Counted from the stretch's first letter, positions 19,536 to 30,010 are shown. The stretch is DNA of 62,889 nt from Candidatus Hodarchaeota archaeon (GCA_048886685.1 JBHLKM010000021.1:1-62889); one strand, 5' to 3'. The notes: generated by a model from the letters alone, not told the origin. Numbers and translations: made by a program.

Positions 19536-22500
19536 TTATCTTGTTCTTACTGCATCTATTATATTTAGATTAGCTGCCCATTTTGCAGGATATCGTGAGC
19601 TCAGAATTACAGTGATTAAAACAGTTGATATTAAAATACCAATAGTTAACCATGGAACAGTCCAAGTAACTGTGAGGAACCCACCCGCAGGCATTGTTTC
19701 CACCATTAAAGTACCTTGGATTAAACCAGCGAATATGCCAATAATGGCACCTAAAAGCGCTAAGATTAATGTTTCTCCAGATATTGAGCGGATAATCCCT
19801 TTTCTATTTAATCCTATCGACCTAAGCATCCCTATTTCTCTTCTGCGTGCCATAGTTGTAAGAAGGCTATGAAGTGTTAACCCAATCATTGCTATTACTA
19901 TAGATAAGACAAGTAATCCATTTGTAATGAAGGTAATTAAATTAATCATAGTTCTGAATATAGTACTCGCAAAAGATCTTGTAAAAGCAAAAATTATAAG
20001 ATAACCTCTATCTTCTATATAGGCAATTATTTCCTCTAAGGCAACTTCGTCATGTACTCCTGCTTTCGCCCAAGCAAACCAGTCATAAACATTAGTTCTA
20101 ATTTCAAGAGTGAAAGTTTTGAGATCTATTATTGACCAGTATCCACCTCCCATAATAAATAGATTTTGTGATAATAAGTTTTTATAAGTCGAAATATTTT
20201 CTGGGTAATCGCTGTGAACTAACACTGAAGTTACCAAGTCATTAGAATAATTGGATCCCCTATAATCAGCGTATATAATATTTCTCGCATTCTCATAACT
20301 TATATATATTGAATTTCCATTAATATCATAACCTGTTTCAAAACCTGCAAACCAACTGTATCTTTCTGTATTATATAATGTTGGTGCTTCTATGATTCCA
20401 ATTATTTCAAATTTTGGCCATTCTGAGGAACTGATTGGCGAATGTACAGATTTAGCTACTCCAAATCTAAGACTATCTATAGTTAAATTATAATTATTAA
20501 CATATGTAGAATTATAACCAACTATTCTTAATTTAAGCATATTCATCGAATCAAAATAATGGTGATTTAAATCAAAAGAAAAAGTATTATTAGTCTCTAC
20601 GATGTTATTAATGGAGCCTAGTGTATCAAATGTGTTAGTGAAAATATTAAGCGCTTCTAATTCAAGGCAATCTACAGATGAATTTACAGATGTTTCTATT
20701 GTAACGTTAATAGCTCTATATAAATAAGGAATCATTATACTTGTTGTGAAATTAATCCCAAGCCATTCCCGGTCACTCACATATGATAAATAAACATCAT
20801 CTGAAATAGTTAAATCCGCTGTACTGCCTGATTGTGATGTAAAATTAAAAGGATTCGCTGTTGTTGAAATACCATTAGCATAAATAGTATCTAATGTGAA
20901 TTGTTGTGGAAAAATTGATATATTATCACCAATTCCTATTGAGGGATTAAGCATTATAAACATTTCATCAACAACACATACGTTTTTTGGTATATTTAAA
21001 AGTTCTTCCATTGTGTCTCCAATATATCCAACCTTTTGGCTTATAAGACTATTATTCCCGAAAAATGAATCAGATTTTAATATTCCACTTGAATTGGTAT
21101 GAATACCAGTAACTGAACTTACGAAGTCTATTATTGACCCGTTAACAGCTGTAGGTGTATAATAGTCCATTCTTGTTGTATAATATTCAATTCCGCTAAT
21201 ACCATTAAGAATTGTCTCAACAGTAGAAAAATTAAACCAATTTGGTTGAGCCATATCAATTAAAGGATCACCCGTTTGACTGAGTTGCCTGAAGACCATA
21301 TCAGTTCCCCCACCAGGTAAGTTTTTAACTGCGATTTGGACATAAGTTTCCCAAGAAATAAACATATTATATGTTTTTCCTTCACTTAGAAATCCCATAA
21401 TGTCTATTGTCGAAAATCCTTCAATACTTCTGACTATTGCTATAACACTCATATTTACTATAATAGTATCTTCATGTGCATTATAATCATCTCCATTAAG
21501 TAATGCTGTAAGATTTGCATATGTTGTACCAAGAGAATATTTGACAGAAATGTTTTCACCTACTTTGACATTGTGATCATCAGCAAATTCTTCATCGATT
21601 ATGATATTGTTTCCAATTTCAATTTCGTCCATCATTTCGCTAAGGGACATTCCTGAAGGGGATATTATTACGGTTTTAGTCATATGTTCTTTAACTTTTT
21701 CGGTATTTAATACATTAATGATAATAGTTTCGTTATAGACATTATCAAGTAAACTATGCCCAACCCAATCGCTCCCTATTTGAATTTGTGCATTTTGATG
21801 ACTTACACCCATCACATCCTCTACTCCGGATTGGTTTATAAGTCCATCTTCAAAAGATCTAGGTGTATTAAAAGTGAGCACTCGAATATCTGCTCCCATA
21901 AAGTTATTAACCGTAGTATTTACACCTGATCTCATAGAATCCATCATGACACTCATCCCAATAAGAAAACTTGTTGTTACTGCTATCATAGTGAAGGTAA
22001 GGGTAGTCCTCCTTCGATGTCTTAATATGTTCTTTTCAGTTAATAATCTCGTTTTTCGAAGATAGGGTATAAACAATACCACAAAGGCTTTATTAAGTGG
22101 TTTAATACTAAGTGCTAATAACCAAATGATCCCAAACAAGACCAATAACGGGGCAAACATAGATATAACCATTCCTTCGGGAGGCCCTGGAGTCGGCTGA
22201 AAATCAGTTGTAGCTTCAGAACCGGAAAATGTAAGCCATAATCCATAGAGAAGGAGTAATCCTCCAAAAATGAAGAAGATTAACCTTCTCCAATAATGTC
22301 TTTTCTCCCTTTTAGACTTTTCTTCAAGGGGATTTAAACATTCAATAATTGGTTTGCGACTTGCTTTCCAGCTAGGATAAATCGAAGCGATGATACAAGA
22401 AATTAGCCCTATTACAAATGTAATTGTCAGAGTTGTTGGATATACAACAATTGTAAAATCTGAAATTGAAAATCCTCCTATTTGAGAAGCAATAGTTTGA

Positions 22501-23690
22501 AGAGCCTGCAAAGTTACAGAGAAGATAATATACGAGATTAAGTAGGAAAAAATTGTCCCTATTGATGTTCCAATTACACCCATTACGACACCTTGGGTTA
22601 AGAACAACTTAAAGGTCTCAGATTTAGATGCTCCTATTGCTTGGAACATTCCAGTTTCATATTCTTGTTCCTTTTTAATAATATTAAAGATGTTCATCAT
22701 TAAGATAATTGAAAGTACTAGAGCGATGATTCCAAACATCAAAAACATAGTACGCAGCGTGCTCATTGTAGTTTCTATCATATCTAAACTGTCAGATTTT
22801 AAATCATTAACCCTCCAATCTCTTTCATCATTAAGAGCTTCCAAACTGGTCTCAATGTTTGCAACCACAGAAGAAACGCGGTATATATCATCAACACCTA
22901 CGACACATAGATTAAATTCACCAGTATGGTTTTCTGTGCCATCTACAAGTTTATGTGTATTATCAATATTTGCAAAGATTCCTGGTCCTTCCGCAAACAT
23001 TGAAGACTCTGATGGGTTTTCTGGATCAAAATCACGAGCTTCACCAACATCCCTTACAATTGCAACGACGGTATATTCGAGCCATGTTCCTGTATCCAAA
23101 GGATTATATCCAAGTTCCGATCCATTTACAGGTAAAATCCAAACACTATCACCTGCTTCGAAATCTTTTCCTAATTTAATTTTTAAAGACTCTGAAATAA
23201 CCAAAACACTACCATTATTAACAGGATCAACATATTCAAGAAGTTCTTCAATAGTTTTTCCACTACTAATTGAATCTAATATATATGGATCTGCCCCTAA
23301 TTTCCTTTCATCTGGATCTAAATGATTAATACCATTTATCCCAGTTCTAGTACTATTATCTACTTCGTTTCCACTATCAGTTGCGCTAACGTGAACATTA
23401 AAAGCAGTAATTCTATATGCTATTGATTCAACATGTTTTATTTCTTCAATTTCGCTGTTAATTTCATCAGGATCAAACCAACCATCAGTATTATTGGCAG
23501 ATCTAACGAGAATATCCGCTGTACCCATTTGTTCATCAATAGTGTCTAGCATCATTTTATGAAATGAGTCAGAAACAATCATAACTCCTCCAAACAAAGC
23601 AACACTGATGATAAGGGTAACTGTTGTCAAAATATAACGAACTTTACGTCTTTTCATATTACGAAACGCGAGTTTTAGTATTACACCCAT
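19536..23690 (-). CDS. Large FtsX/MacB-like ABC permease with two permease units and an expanded extracellular region
   Basis: LAFRNM.RRK.R, E.GMFQAIGA, RRREIGMLRSIG, YPA.WAA..I.DAVR. Confidence 0.9.
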   Translation of the reverse strand: MGVILKLAFRNMKRRKVRYILTTVTLIISVALFGGVMIVSDSFHKMMLDTIDEQMGTADILVRSANNTDGWFDPDEINSEIEEIKHVESIAYRITAFNVHVSATDSGNEVDNSTRTGINGINHLDPDERKLGADPYILDSISSGKTIEELLEYVDPVNNGSVLVISESLKIKLGKDFEAGDSVWILPVNGSELGYNPLDTGTWLEYTVVAIVRDVGEARDFDPENPSESSMFAEGPGIFANIDNTHKLVDGTENHTGEFNLCVVGVDDIYRVSSVVANIETSLEALNDERDWRVNDLKSDSLDMIETTMSTLRTMFLMFGIIALVLSIILMMNIFNIIKKEQEYETGMFQAIGASKSETFKLFLTQGVVMGVIGTSIGTIFSYLISYIIFSVTLQALQTIASQIGGFSISDFTIVVYPTTLTITFVIGLISCIIASIYPSWKASRKPIIECLNPLEEKSKREKRHYWRRLIFFIFGGLLLLYGLWLTFSGSEATTDFQPTPGPPEGMVISMFAPLLVLFGIIWLLALSIKPLNKAFVVLFIPYLRKTRLLTEKNILRHRRRTTLTFTMIAVTTSFLIGMSVMMDSMRSGVNTTVNNFMGADIRVLTFNTPRSFEDGLINQSGVEDVMGVSHQNAQIQIGSDWVGHSLLDNVYNETIIINVLNTEKVKEHMTKTVIISPSGMSLSEMMDEIEIGNNIIIDEEFADDHNVKVGENISVKYSLGTTYANLTALLNGDDYNAHEDTIIVNMSVIAIVRSIEGFSTIDIMGFLSEGKTYNMFISWETYVQIAVKNLPGGGTDMVFRQLSQTGDPLIDMAQPNWFNFSTVETILNGISGIEYYTTRMDYYTPTAVNGSIIDFVSSVTGIHTNSSGILKSDSFFGNNSLISQKVGYIGDTMEELLNIPKNVCVVDEMFIMLNPSIGIGDNISIFPQQFTLDTIYANGISTTANPFNFTSQSGSTADLTISDDVYLSYVSDREWLGINFTTSIMIPYLYRAINVTIETSVNSSVDCLELEALNIFTNTFDTLGSINNIVETNNTFSFDLNHHYFDSMNMLKLRIVGYNSTYVNNYNLTIDSLRFGVAKSVHSPISSSEWPKFEIIGIIEAPTLYNTERYSWFAGFETGYDINGNSIYISYENARNIIYADYRGSNYSNDLVTSVLVHSDYPENISTYKNLLSQNLFIMGGGYWSIIDLKTFTLEIRTNVYDWFAWAKAGVHDEVALEEIIAYIEDRGYLIIFAFTRSFASTIFRTMINLITFITNGLLVLSIVIAMIGLTLHSLLTTMARRREIGMLRSIGLNRKGIIRSISGETLILALLGAIIGIFAGLIQGTLMVETMPAGGFLTVTWTVPWLTIGILISTVLITVILSSRYPAKWAANLNIIDAVRTR

Positions 23691-23873
23691 GTTCTCATTT
23701 ACTCTTTTTTGTTTTTCATTAAATTTCCATTTAAGACTATGAGGAGTTAATCCTCATCTCCTATTTTTTTAAAATTTTTATCAAATATGTTCATTTAAAT
23801 ATTTTTTAAAATATATTTCTATACCTTAAATCAAATTATCTGATAATATAATATCATTTATTATAATATTTAA

Positions 23874-23894
23874 ATATGTCGAATTTCGACATAT
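23874..23894. promoter_or_regulatory. Palindromic operator ATATGTC-N7-GACATAT (probable PadR site)
   Basis: Perfect inverted repeat ATATGTCGAA-T-TTCGACATAT upstream of the permease operon. Confidence 0.75.
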
Positions 23895-23957
23895 CAGAAT
23901 ATTATATAAAATTGAACATATATTAAAATCTTGAGTTTAGTTAAGACTACTTCTGAC

Positions 23958-24521
23958 CTAATTATTTTTGAGTTTATCTAACTCTTTTTCCATTTCTACT
24001 TTATTCTTTCTGATAATATGTAAAACTAAGTTAAATATTTCAATCCGTCTATTGAGAATTTCAATCTTTTCTTCAATAGTTTTACCCATTAATATCTGCT
24101 CAGGATAGGTTTGACTAAAAAATTCAATTAGATAATTAGGAAGACTATCAATATCTAAAACAGTTGAAGCCAAACTTAACAATGACAAACTTATGTCCTG
24201 TTGTTTTTTGACTAACTTTTTTAAGATTCTAGCACCTCTAATTGTTAGAGAATATTCTTTGCTTTCTCTTTTACCTCGTTTCTTAGTTTTGTATTGAATT
24301 AATCCTCTTTTTGTAAGATTAGAAAGGTATGGATATATCGTTGAATTTGTTGGTCGCCATTCACCAAAGGTATCTTCAGAAATCATTTTCATTAGTTTAT
24401 AACCATTAGCAGGTTCTTTTTCAAGAGCTAATAAAATTAGCATACTAACATAACCACTTTTCATTGATTGCTCAATAGTTTCAACAAATTTTGTTTCTTC
24501 TTGTTTTTTCTCAATACTCAT
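23958..24521 (-). CDS. PadR family transcriptional regulator
   Basis: IL..L...P..GY.L, STIYP.L..L.K.GLI, K.YSLT..G. Confidence 0.9.
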   Translation of the reverse strand: MSIEKKQEETKFVETIEQSMKSGYVSMLILLALEKEPANGYKLMKMISEDTFGEWRPTNSTIYPYLSNLTKRGLIQYKTKKRGKRESKEYSLTIRGARILKKLVKKQQDISLSLLSLASTVLDIDSLPNYLIEFFSQTYPEQILMGKTIEEKIEILNRRIEIFNLVLHIIRKNKVEMEKELDKLKNN

Positions 24522-24546
24522 TTTTAATGGACTTTATATTCTTAAA

Positions 24547-24582
24547 ATATGTCAAATAGTTACATGTCCAATTAAGATATAT
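24547..24582. promoter_or_regulatory. Two overlapping degenerate copies of the PadR-type operator
   Basis: ATATGTC-N7-TACATGT (24547-24567) and ACATGTC-N7-GATATAT (24562-24582), just upstream of the padR start. Confidence 0.65.
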
Positions 24583-24718
24583 TCTATATGTTATTTAAAC
24601 TTATTGTACACTTCAAAATCTTAGATTTTTATTGGATAAAATATTATAGAATAAATTTTTCTGGTGAAAGTATAACAATCTATAAGAAATGGAAAGTTAT
24701 GTATAGCACCAACAGAAT

Positions 24719-26464
24719 CTATATGAAATTAGTTTTAATATAATCCATCACTTTATGTATTTCTTCTAGATGTGTTTCTCTTTTACCAAAAATATAAAAT
24801 CTAACATCTGGGCCAGTACCACTAGGTCTAAAATAGAGTGTAGAGTCTTTACTCTTTAACTGGTAAATGTCGATCATATTGTTATTATCAGATAACGCAT
24901 GAATTTGATAATTTTTTTCTCCAATTACAATTGTCTTTCCATCATATTCCTTAAAATTCTTCATAATTTTAACTTTTTCCTCATCAATTGCAGGAATAGT
25001 TAGGTTTATCCCTTTAATTGCCCAATCAATTGATTCTGAAATGATAAATCCACGACTGACAAGTTCTGTAATTAAGACCAATGCAGGAACAGGATATTTA
25101 TCAGCTATTATTGGTAGATCTGTTGAGAATTCAAAATCCCCTGTTTCTGGATTTTTGGAAACATTCAAAATGTTTAATGTATGACCCCCAGATTCTTCCC
25201 AATACACCACTAAAAATGAATCAGTAGGAGTGTTTTTTAAATCCATTCTTTCTAAAATATGCTGCTTTAAAGGAGTTGGATTATTTATTTTGATTAAGTT
25301 TTTATTCTGATCTTCAAAATAAAGAATAGCTGTATCTACTTTTGATTGCTCAACGTCTACTCCAAATAGAAAATACATAATTACTCCTAAGTGTTTATAA
25401 CCAACTCCAGTTAAAATGTTTAAAAAACTTGTATGATCTCCCCGTAAATCACTTGGAATCGTTCTAACATTTATAATTTTTTTACCGAATTCTTTAGCTA
25501 GAATATTGTGCATTGCTGAATATATTTCATTTGGGATATAAGTAAAGTATTCTCCTTTTTGATTCACATACAAAGCAATCCTATCTCTGTCAGCATCAAG
25601 TAATAAGGCAATATTAGAATCATTTTGTTCCATTACACTCTTCAACTTTTCTTCATGAATTACTTTTATAGGATTAGGGGGATTAATTTCTTCCTCGATT
25701 AATATAACATTGGCTCCATAATTCTTAAATAATTCAACAATCCCACGAGCTTTGCCTAAATATGGCCAAATTACGATATTTTTTTCCTTAATACTCCTTA
25801 TTTCTAATACCTTGGATAATAATTCTTTCACATAATCATTGTTTTTTTTGATTGCATCAATCTGGTTAATTTTATAATTTGTTTTTAGAAATATTTCATG
25901 GTAATTTAACGCTTTGTTAGAGATATCTTTAAATATTTTCCCTGACATAGGCATAGGATATTCAATATAGAATTTAATCCCATTCCAGGATAAATCATTA
26001 TGACTAGCGGTAAGAACGATTATTAATTTAATATCCTCATATAATACTACTGAAGCAGCACCATATGGAGAAGAAACTTTGGATTCATTTGGAGTATCCT
26101 GTTGATGATAAATTTGATATCCATCATATGCAAAAATTTGTGAACAATATGTCAATAGTAAGCTCTTGGTCGGACGATTATCAGTTACGATTAATATTTT
26201 TAGATTTTGATTGCCTTTTAATTCTATATAATGTTGACTAATTGCTTTAAACACTCTTAAGAAAAGAAAAAGTCTACGATTAGGGAGAAAGTATTTTTTA
26301 TTTTCTTCAATAATATCACATATTTGGATCCTTAATCCTGATGTGGGCGCTACAATAGGATCTATGATGTTTTTTTCTCGTTCTGTTAACTCAGGTAATT
26401 TGAGAATTTTAACTCCTTGTTCTGAATCCTCTAATTTGATATCTTCTATATTAAGTTCAATCAG
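24719..26464 (-). CDS. Phosphoglucomutase/phosphomannomutase family protein (probable CTG start)
   Basis: TSGLR lies upstream of the track start; D.RP, TASHN, DADRDR, EESGG, RPSGT. Confidence 0.85.
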   Translation of the reverse strand: MIELNIEDIKLEDSEQGVKILKLPELTEREKNIIDPIVAPTSGLRIQICDIIEENKKYFLPNRRLFLFLRVFKAISQHYIELKGNQNLKILIVTDNRPTKSLLLTYCSQIFAYDGYQIYHQQDTPNESKVSSPYGAASVVLYEDIKLIIVLTASHNDLSWNGIKFYIEYPMPMSGKIFKDISNKALNYHEIFLKTNYKINQIDAIKKNNDYVKELLSKVLEIRSIKEKNIVIWPYLGKARGIVELFKNYGANVILIEEEINPPNPIKVIHEEKLKSVMEQNDSNIALLLDADRDRIALYVNQKGEYFTYIPNEIYSAMHNILAKEFGKKIINVRTIPSDLRGDHTSFLNILTGVGYKHLGVIMYFLFGVDVEQSKVDTAILYFEDQNKNLIKINNPTPLKQHILERMDLKNTPTDSFLVVYWEESGGHTLNILNVSKNPETGDFEFSTDLPIIADKYPVPALVLITELVSRGFIISESIDWAIKGINLTIPAIDEEKVKIMKNFKEYDGKTIVIGEKNYQIHALSDNNNMIDIYQLKSKDSTLYFRPSGTGPDVRFYIFGKRETHLEEIHKVMDYIKTNFI

Positions 26465-26553
26465 TTAGATCACCAATATTAACTAAGATGATTGTAAATA
26501 GGATTGAAAGTCTTAAAACTATTATTATTTCAAAACAGAATATTAAAACATAA

Positions 26554-27435
26554 TTAATCAGTAATGGTTGATATTTCATTTATGGCTTCTTTTAATATTG
26601 CCAATATCTTTTCCCGATACATTGGTTCAATAGCAATCATTCCATGGGTCTTAATAATACGGTTTTCACTAGATAAGATCCTTTCACAAAATTCAGGTGT
26701 AAGTCTATTAGGTAGGTCTTGCTTATTAGCAATACCTATTACCAATTTATCTGGATAGAATTTATCAAGTAGATCATGAATAATATCTTTTGTTGGATTT
26801 ATATTCTCAAAAGTGGAATCAGTTACAAGTAAAACCATATCTGTACCCGCAAGTAAACTCTTCCATAAAGAACGAAATTGACCTTGCCCAGCAAAATCCC
26901 ATAGAGTAATAGATCTTTCGAATTCATCTCCTTCATAAGATGCTATATCAGCTGTTATTGTAGGCACATATTCAAGGTCGACATCTTGCCCACATATTAA
27001 TCTTGTTAATGTGGTTTTTCCTACACCCCCAAAACCTAGAATAGAAATTTTAATTGCCCCTAAAATAAGATTATCTAACTCTTTTTCAAATTCGTAAAAA
27101 ATTGTTCGATTTCCTGCCCAACTCCCATTCTCAAGCATTTTCCCATATTTATCTATGAACCTAGTTCTAACACTTAAAATTTTTGAATTAACAGTCGCAT
27201 CTTCATCCTCGAGATCTGTACAAACTACAATAATAATTGTGTCTATGATGGTATAAAAATATTTGAAATCTTCTGTTTGTGTGCTTTTAATATCACTTTG
27301 GCTAATTTCCTTCATAAATCCTGAAAATGCACTTAAGAATCCTGCTAATAAATCTCGATCTACTTCTGAAGTTCCGTAATTCCTGAATAACAATGATTTC
27401 CCGTCTTTAGTAAGAATATTTACGTACTGAATCAA
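26554..27435 (-). CDS. Longin-like domain fused to an Arf-like small GTPase (Asgard ESP)
   Basis: N-terminal I...G..L..R.Y longin pattern; GFGGVGKT, WDFAGQ..FRSLW, ANKQD. Confidence 0.85.
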   Translation of the reverse strand: MIQYVNILTKDGKSLLFRNYGTSEVDRDLLAGFLSAFSGFMKEISQSDIKSTQTEDFKYFYTIIDTIIIVVCTDLEDEDATVNSKILSVRTRFIDKYGKMLENGSWAGNRTIFYEFEKELDNLILGAIKISILGFGGVGKTTLTRLICGQDVDLEYVPTITADIASYEGDEFERSITLWDFAGQGQFRSLWKSLLAGTDMVLLVTDSTFENINPTKDIIHDLLDKFYPDKLVIGIANKQDLPNRLTPEFCERILSSENRIIKTHGMIAIEPMYREKILAILKEAINEISTITD

Positions 27436-27574
27436 CTTTTCTACTTAAGAAGTTTTTTATAAAAGCATTATAATTATTAATTAAATAATAAATTTCAATA
27501 AAAAATAAATTTTGTAATCGTTCTCATTTTTAATTTATAGATAACTTTCAATAATTCAGATTTAAAGTGGAAAT

Positions 27575-28183
27575 TTGATGGACCCCGCTGAAAGCAAAGA
27601 TAATATTCTACACTTCATTAAAGAAGCGGATGAAAAAATTGAAAAATTCGCATCAATCCTCGAGAAATTTGGGCTTGATATCATAACAAAAATGGGACAA
27701 ACTAATTTAAAGATTAATACACTCACAGATAAAGTTGATGAATTAAGCAAAGCGACAATCGATGTAAAAGCGTTACTTCCTCAACTAACTAATGTTATTG
27801 AAAATCAAAAAATTCTGGAAGCTGAGCTTGATCTAATTAGAACCCTAATCCAACGTTCAGATATTTCATTTCATACAAAAGAAGTTGAAACTGAGACTAT
27901 CGAGCGAGATACCTCTGCAACAGACAGAAAACAATCAATAATAGATGAATTCAAAAACTTAGTGAATTATTTGGAAGAAAAAAATGATGCACATAAAGTA
28001 ATGAATATTCTAAAGGATATAAAAGAAGAAATATTCGTTTTTACTGGAGGTCATAGAATTCTTTATGAAATAGGGCAGTTTAATAATAAAATAAATGGCT
28101 TAGAGTCTCTTTCTGAAGAAATAAAAGAAGATCTAAAGGAAAAGATTACTTTTTGGATAAATAAATTAACTGTTAAGGGATAA
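27575..28183 (+). CDS. Hypothetical helical/coiled-coil protein
   Basis: 202-aa ORF filling the gap between two GTPase genes; heptad-rich. Confidence 0.7.
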   Translation: MMDPAESKDNILHFIKEADEKIEKFASILEKFGLDIITKMGQTNLKINTLTDKVDELSKATIDVKALLPQLTNVIENQKILEAELDLIRTLIQRSDISFHTKEVETETIERDTSATDRKQSIIDEFKNLVNYLEEKNDAHKVMNILKDIKEEIFVFTGGHRILYEIGQFNNKINGLESLSEEIKEDLKEKITFWINKLTVKG

Positions 28184-28206
28184 ACTTAGATTTAAAAAAA
28201 AATTAT

Positions 28207-28788
28207 CTATTCTTGAAGTTTTGAAAGAAGTGTAAGTTCACCTATTTTGTGGAAAATTTCAGAAACATTCTCACCTGTTAATGCTGAAGTTTCGAAAAAA
28301 GGAGCATTTAGTTTCTGTGATAAATGTTCTGCCATAGGCAATATAATTTTTTTTTCCTCTTTCAAATCTATTTTATTACCTATTAGGATTCGGGGAATCC
28401 CTGAAAGTCCATATTTCACAGCCGTTGAATACCAATTATTTATGTTCGAAAATGAACTCGACCGAGTGACATCGTATACCAGTATCATCCCATCAGCGCC
28501 ATTAAAGTATGGTCGATGAAGCATATAAAATTGTGGTTGCCCAGCCACATCCCAAACCATTAAGCTCACATCTGTATCCTTTCCCATGTCGTTCTTTACA
28601 GTGAGTTTTTCTTTCGTGATATTCACTCCAACGGTCGGAACGTACTCATACTGAAATTTATCTCCACAAAAATTAGTTAGAAGGCTAGTTTTGCCAACTG
28701 CAGGGTCCCCAATTACAATTATTTTGTAAATCATCTCAGAGCGTTCATGAAACACTAAATCCTCGTGAGAATTATTCTTATCGTTCAT
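28207..28788 (-). CDS. Rab-like small GTPase
   Basis: GDPAVGKT, PTVGV, WDVAGQ, YFNGA, LVYDVT, GNKID, ETSA. Confidence 0.92.
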   Translation of the reverse strand: MNDKNNSHEDLVFHERSEMIYKIIVIGDPAVGKTSLLTNFCGDKFQYEYVPTVGVNITKEKLTVKNDMGKDTDVSLMVWDVAGQPQFYMLHRPYFNGADGMILVYDVTRSSSFSNINNWYSTAVKYGLSGIPRILIGNKIDLKEEKKIILPMAEHLSQKLNAPFFETSALTGENVSEIFHKIGELTLLSKLQE

Positions 28789-28863
28789 AATGCAAAATTT
28801 TCCAATTGATTTTTTTCGGTTTTTAATTAATTAATTAATGAAATTCGGATATAAAAATGTTAA

Positions 28864-29409
28864 TTATTCCTTTTTAAATTGAATTTGTTTAGAGATTTCA
28901 AATTTTGAAGTTTTAATATTTTCTCGAGAGATAAAGTAAATTTTGTCGATAATAAATTTGATAGTTTTCCAATTCTTCTGTAAATTGTTAATTATCTCCC
29001 GCAATTTATACTTCCCTTTAATTTGACCAACGCTTAAATGGGGTTGAAATCCGTTCTTATATTTATTTACATCATCACAATCAGGCACAATTTTTAGAAT
29101 TTCTGCTTGTAAATTAACTATTGAATCGTTTGGTTCGGGATCTAACCATAGAGTATTATTTTGATGTCCATGACTGAAATATTTAAAATTTCTTAAAAAT
29201 AATTCAAATGGTTCGAAATTTTTACAGATTTTAGAAAATGACTTTTCAAGAGCTGGATATTCTGTTATAGGGCGAAATGGGTAAAGTAAAGTTATATGAG
29301 GCATCCATCTATGAAGATTCCGGTCATAATTTTTACGGATTTTTTGTATAGGTGCCCAGTTTTCTTCTGGGGGTATTATCACAACTGCAGAATTATAAAC
29401 TTTACTCAT
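28864..29409 (-). CDS. 2H phosphoesterase (2'-5' RNA ligase family, LENG9-like)
   Basis: RWMPHITLLYPF and PHLSVGQ HxT/S motifs. Confidence 0.88.
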   Translation of the reverse strand: MSKVYNSAVVIIPPEENWAPIQKIRKNYDRNLHRWMPHITLLYPFRPITEYPALEKSFSKICKNFEPFELFLRNFKYFSHGHQNNTLWLDPEPNDSIVNLQAEILKIVPDCDDVNKYKNGFQPHLSVGQIKGKYKLREIINNLQKNWKTIKFIIDKIYFISRENIKTSKFEISKQIQFKKE

Positions 29410-29503
29410 AAAAGTTAATCCAATAATTTTTTAATTAATCTTATAACTTAATGAAAATTAATTAAAAGATTTTTATTTAAGAAAAGCCTAAGTAATTTGA
29501 AAA

Positions 29504-30010
29504 ATGAAAATAAAACAAAGGCATTTTATTCGAAAATCCGAGCTAAATATTCTTAAAAATGAAATCTTAACCCAATACGACCATGAATTCATTAATCAAA
29601 TTTTCCCTAAAAAAAGTGATGTAGAGCTTATACAAACTGAATCTGGAGATGTCTTATATGCAGTTAACAATGAGCTAAAACTTTGGAAATCTAAGGATGG
29701 ATATATCCCAGTATTAACCCTTCTTTTAAACAATAGAGTAGAGTTAAAAACTATTGTAGTAGATTTTGGAGCTGTCCGTTATGTAGCTAATGGTGCTGAT
29801 GTAATGAGACCAGGGATTACAAAGATTGATCCGTCCATTAAAAAAGATGATATTGTAAAAATCGAGGAAGAAACAAAACATAGAGCATTAGCAGTAGGTA
29901 AAGCTATGTTTGATGCTGCTGAAATAAAATCAAAAAATTCTGGAAAAGTAATAAAGAATCTTCATACAATTCAAGATTCTATTTGGCAATTTGAAAAACA
30001 ATTCAAGTAA
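29504..30010 (+). CDS. Pre-PUA/PUA RNA-binding protein (MCT-1/Tma20 homolog)
   Basis: VVD.GAVRYVANGADVMRPGI, LAVG.A, GKVIKNLH...D.IW. Confidence 0.9.
   Translation: MKIKQRHFIRKSELNILKNEILTQYDHEFINQIFPKKSDVELIQTESGDVLYAVNNELKLWKSKDGYIPVLTLLLNNRVELKTIVVDFGAVRYVANGADVMRPGITKIDPSIKKDDIVKIEEETKHRALAVGKAMFDAAEIKSKNSGKVIKNLHTIQDSIWQFEKQFK

Noticed and set aside
18579-23325. Plus-strand ORFs (e.g. 18579..19130, 19447..19872, 22690..23325)
   Set aside because: Antisense to well-supported ABC genes.
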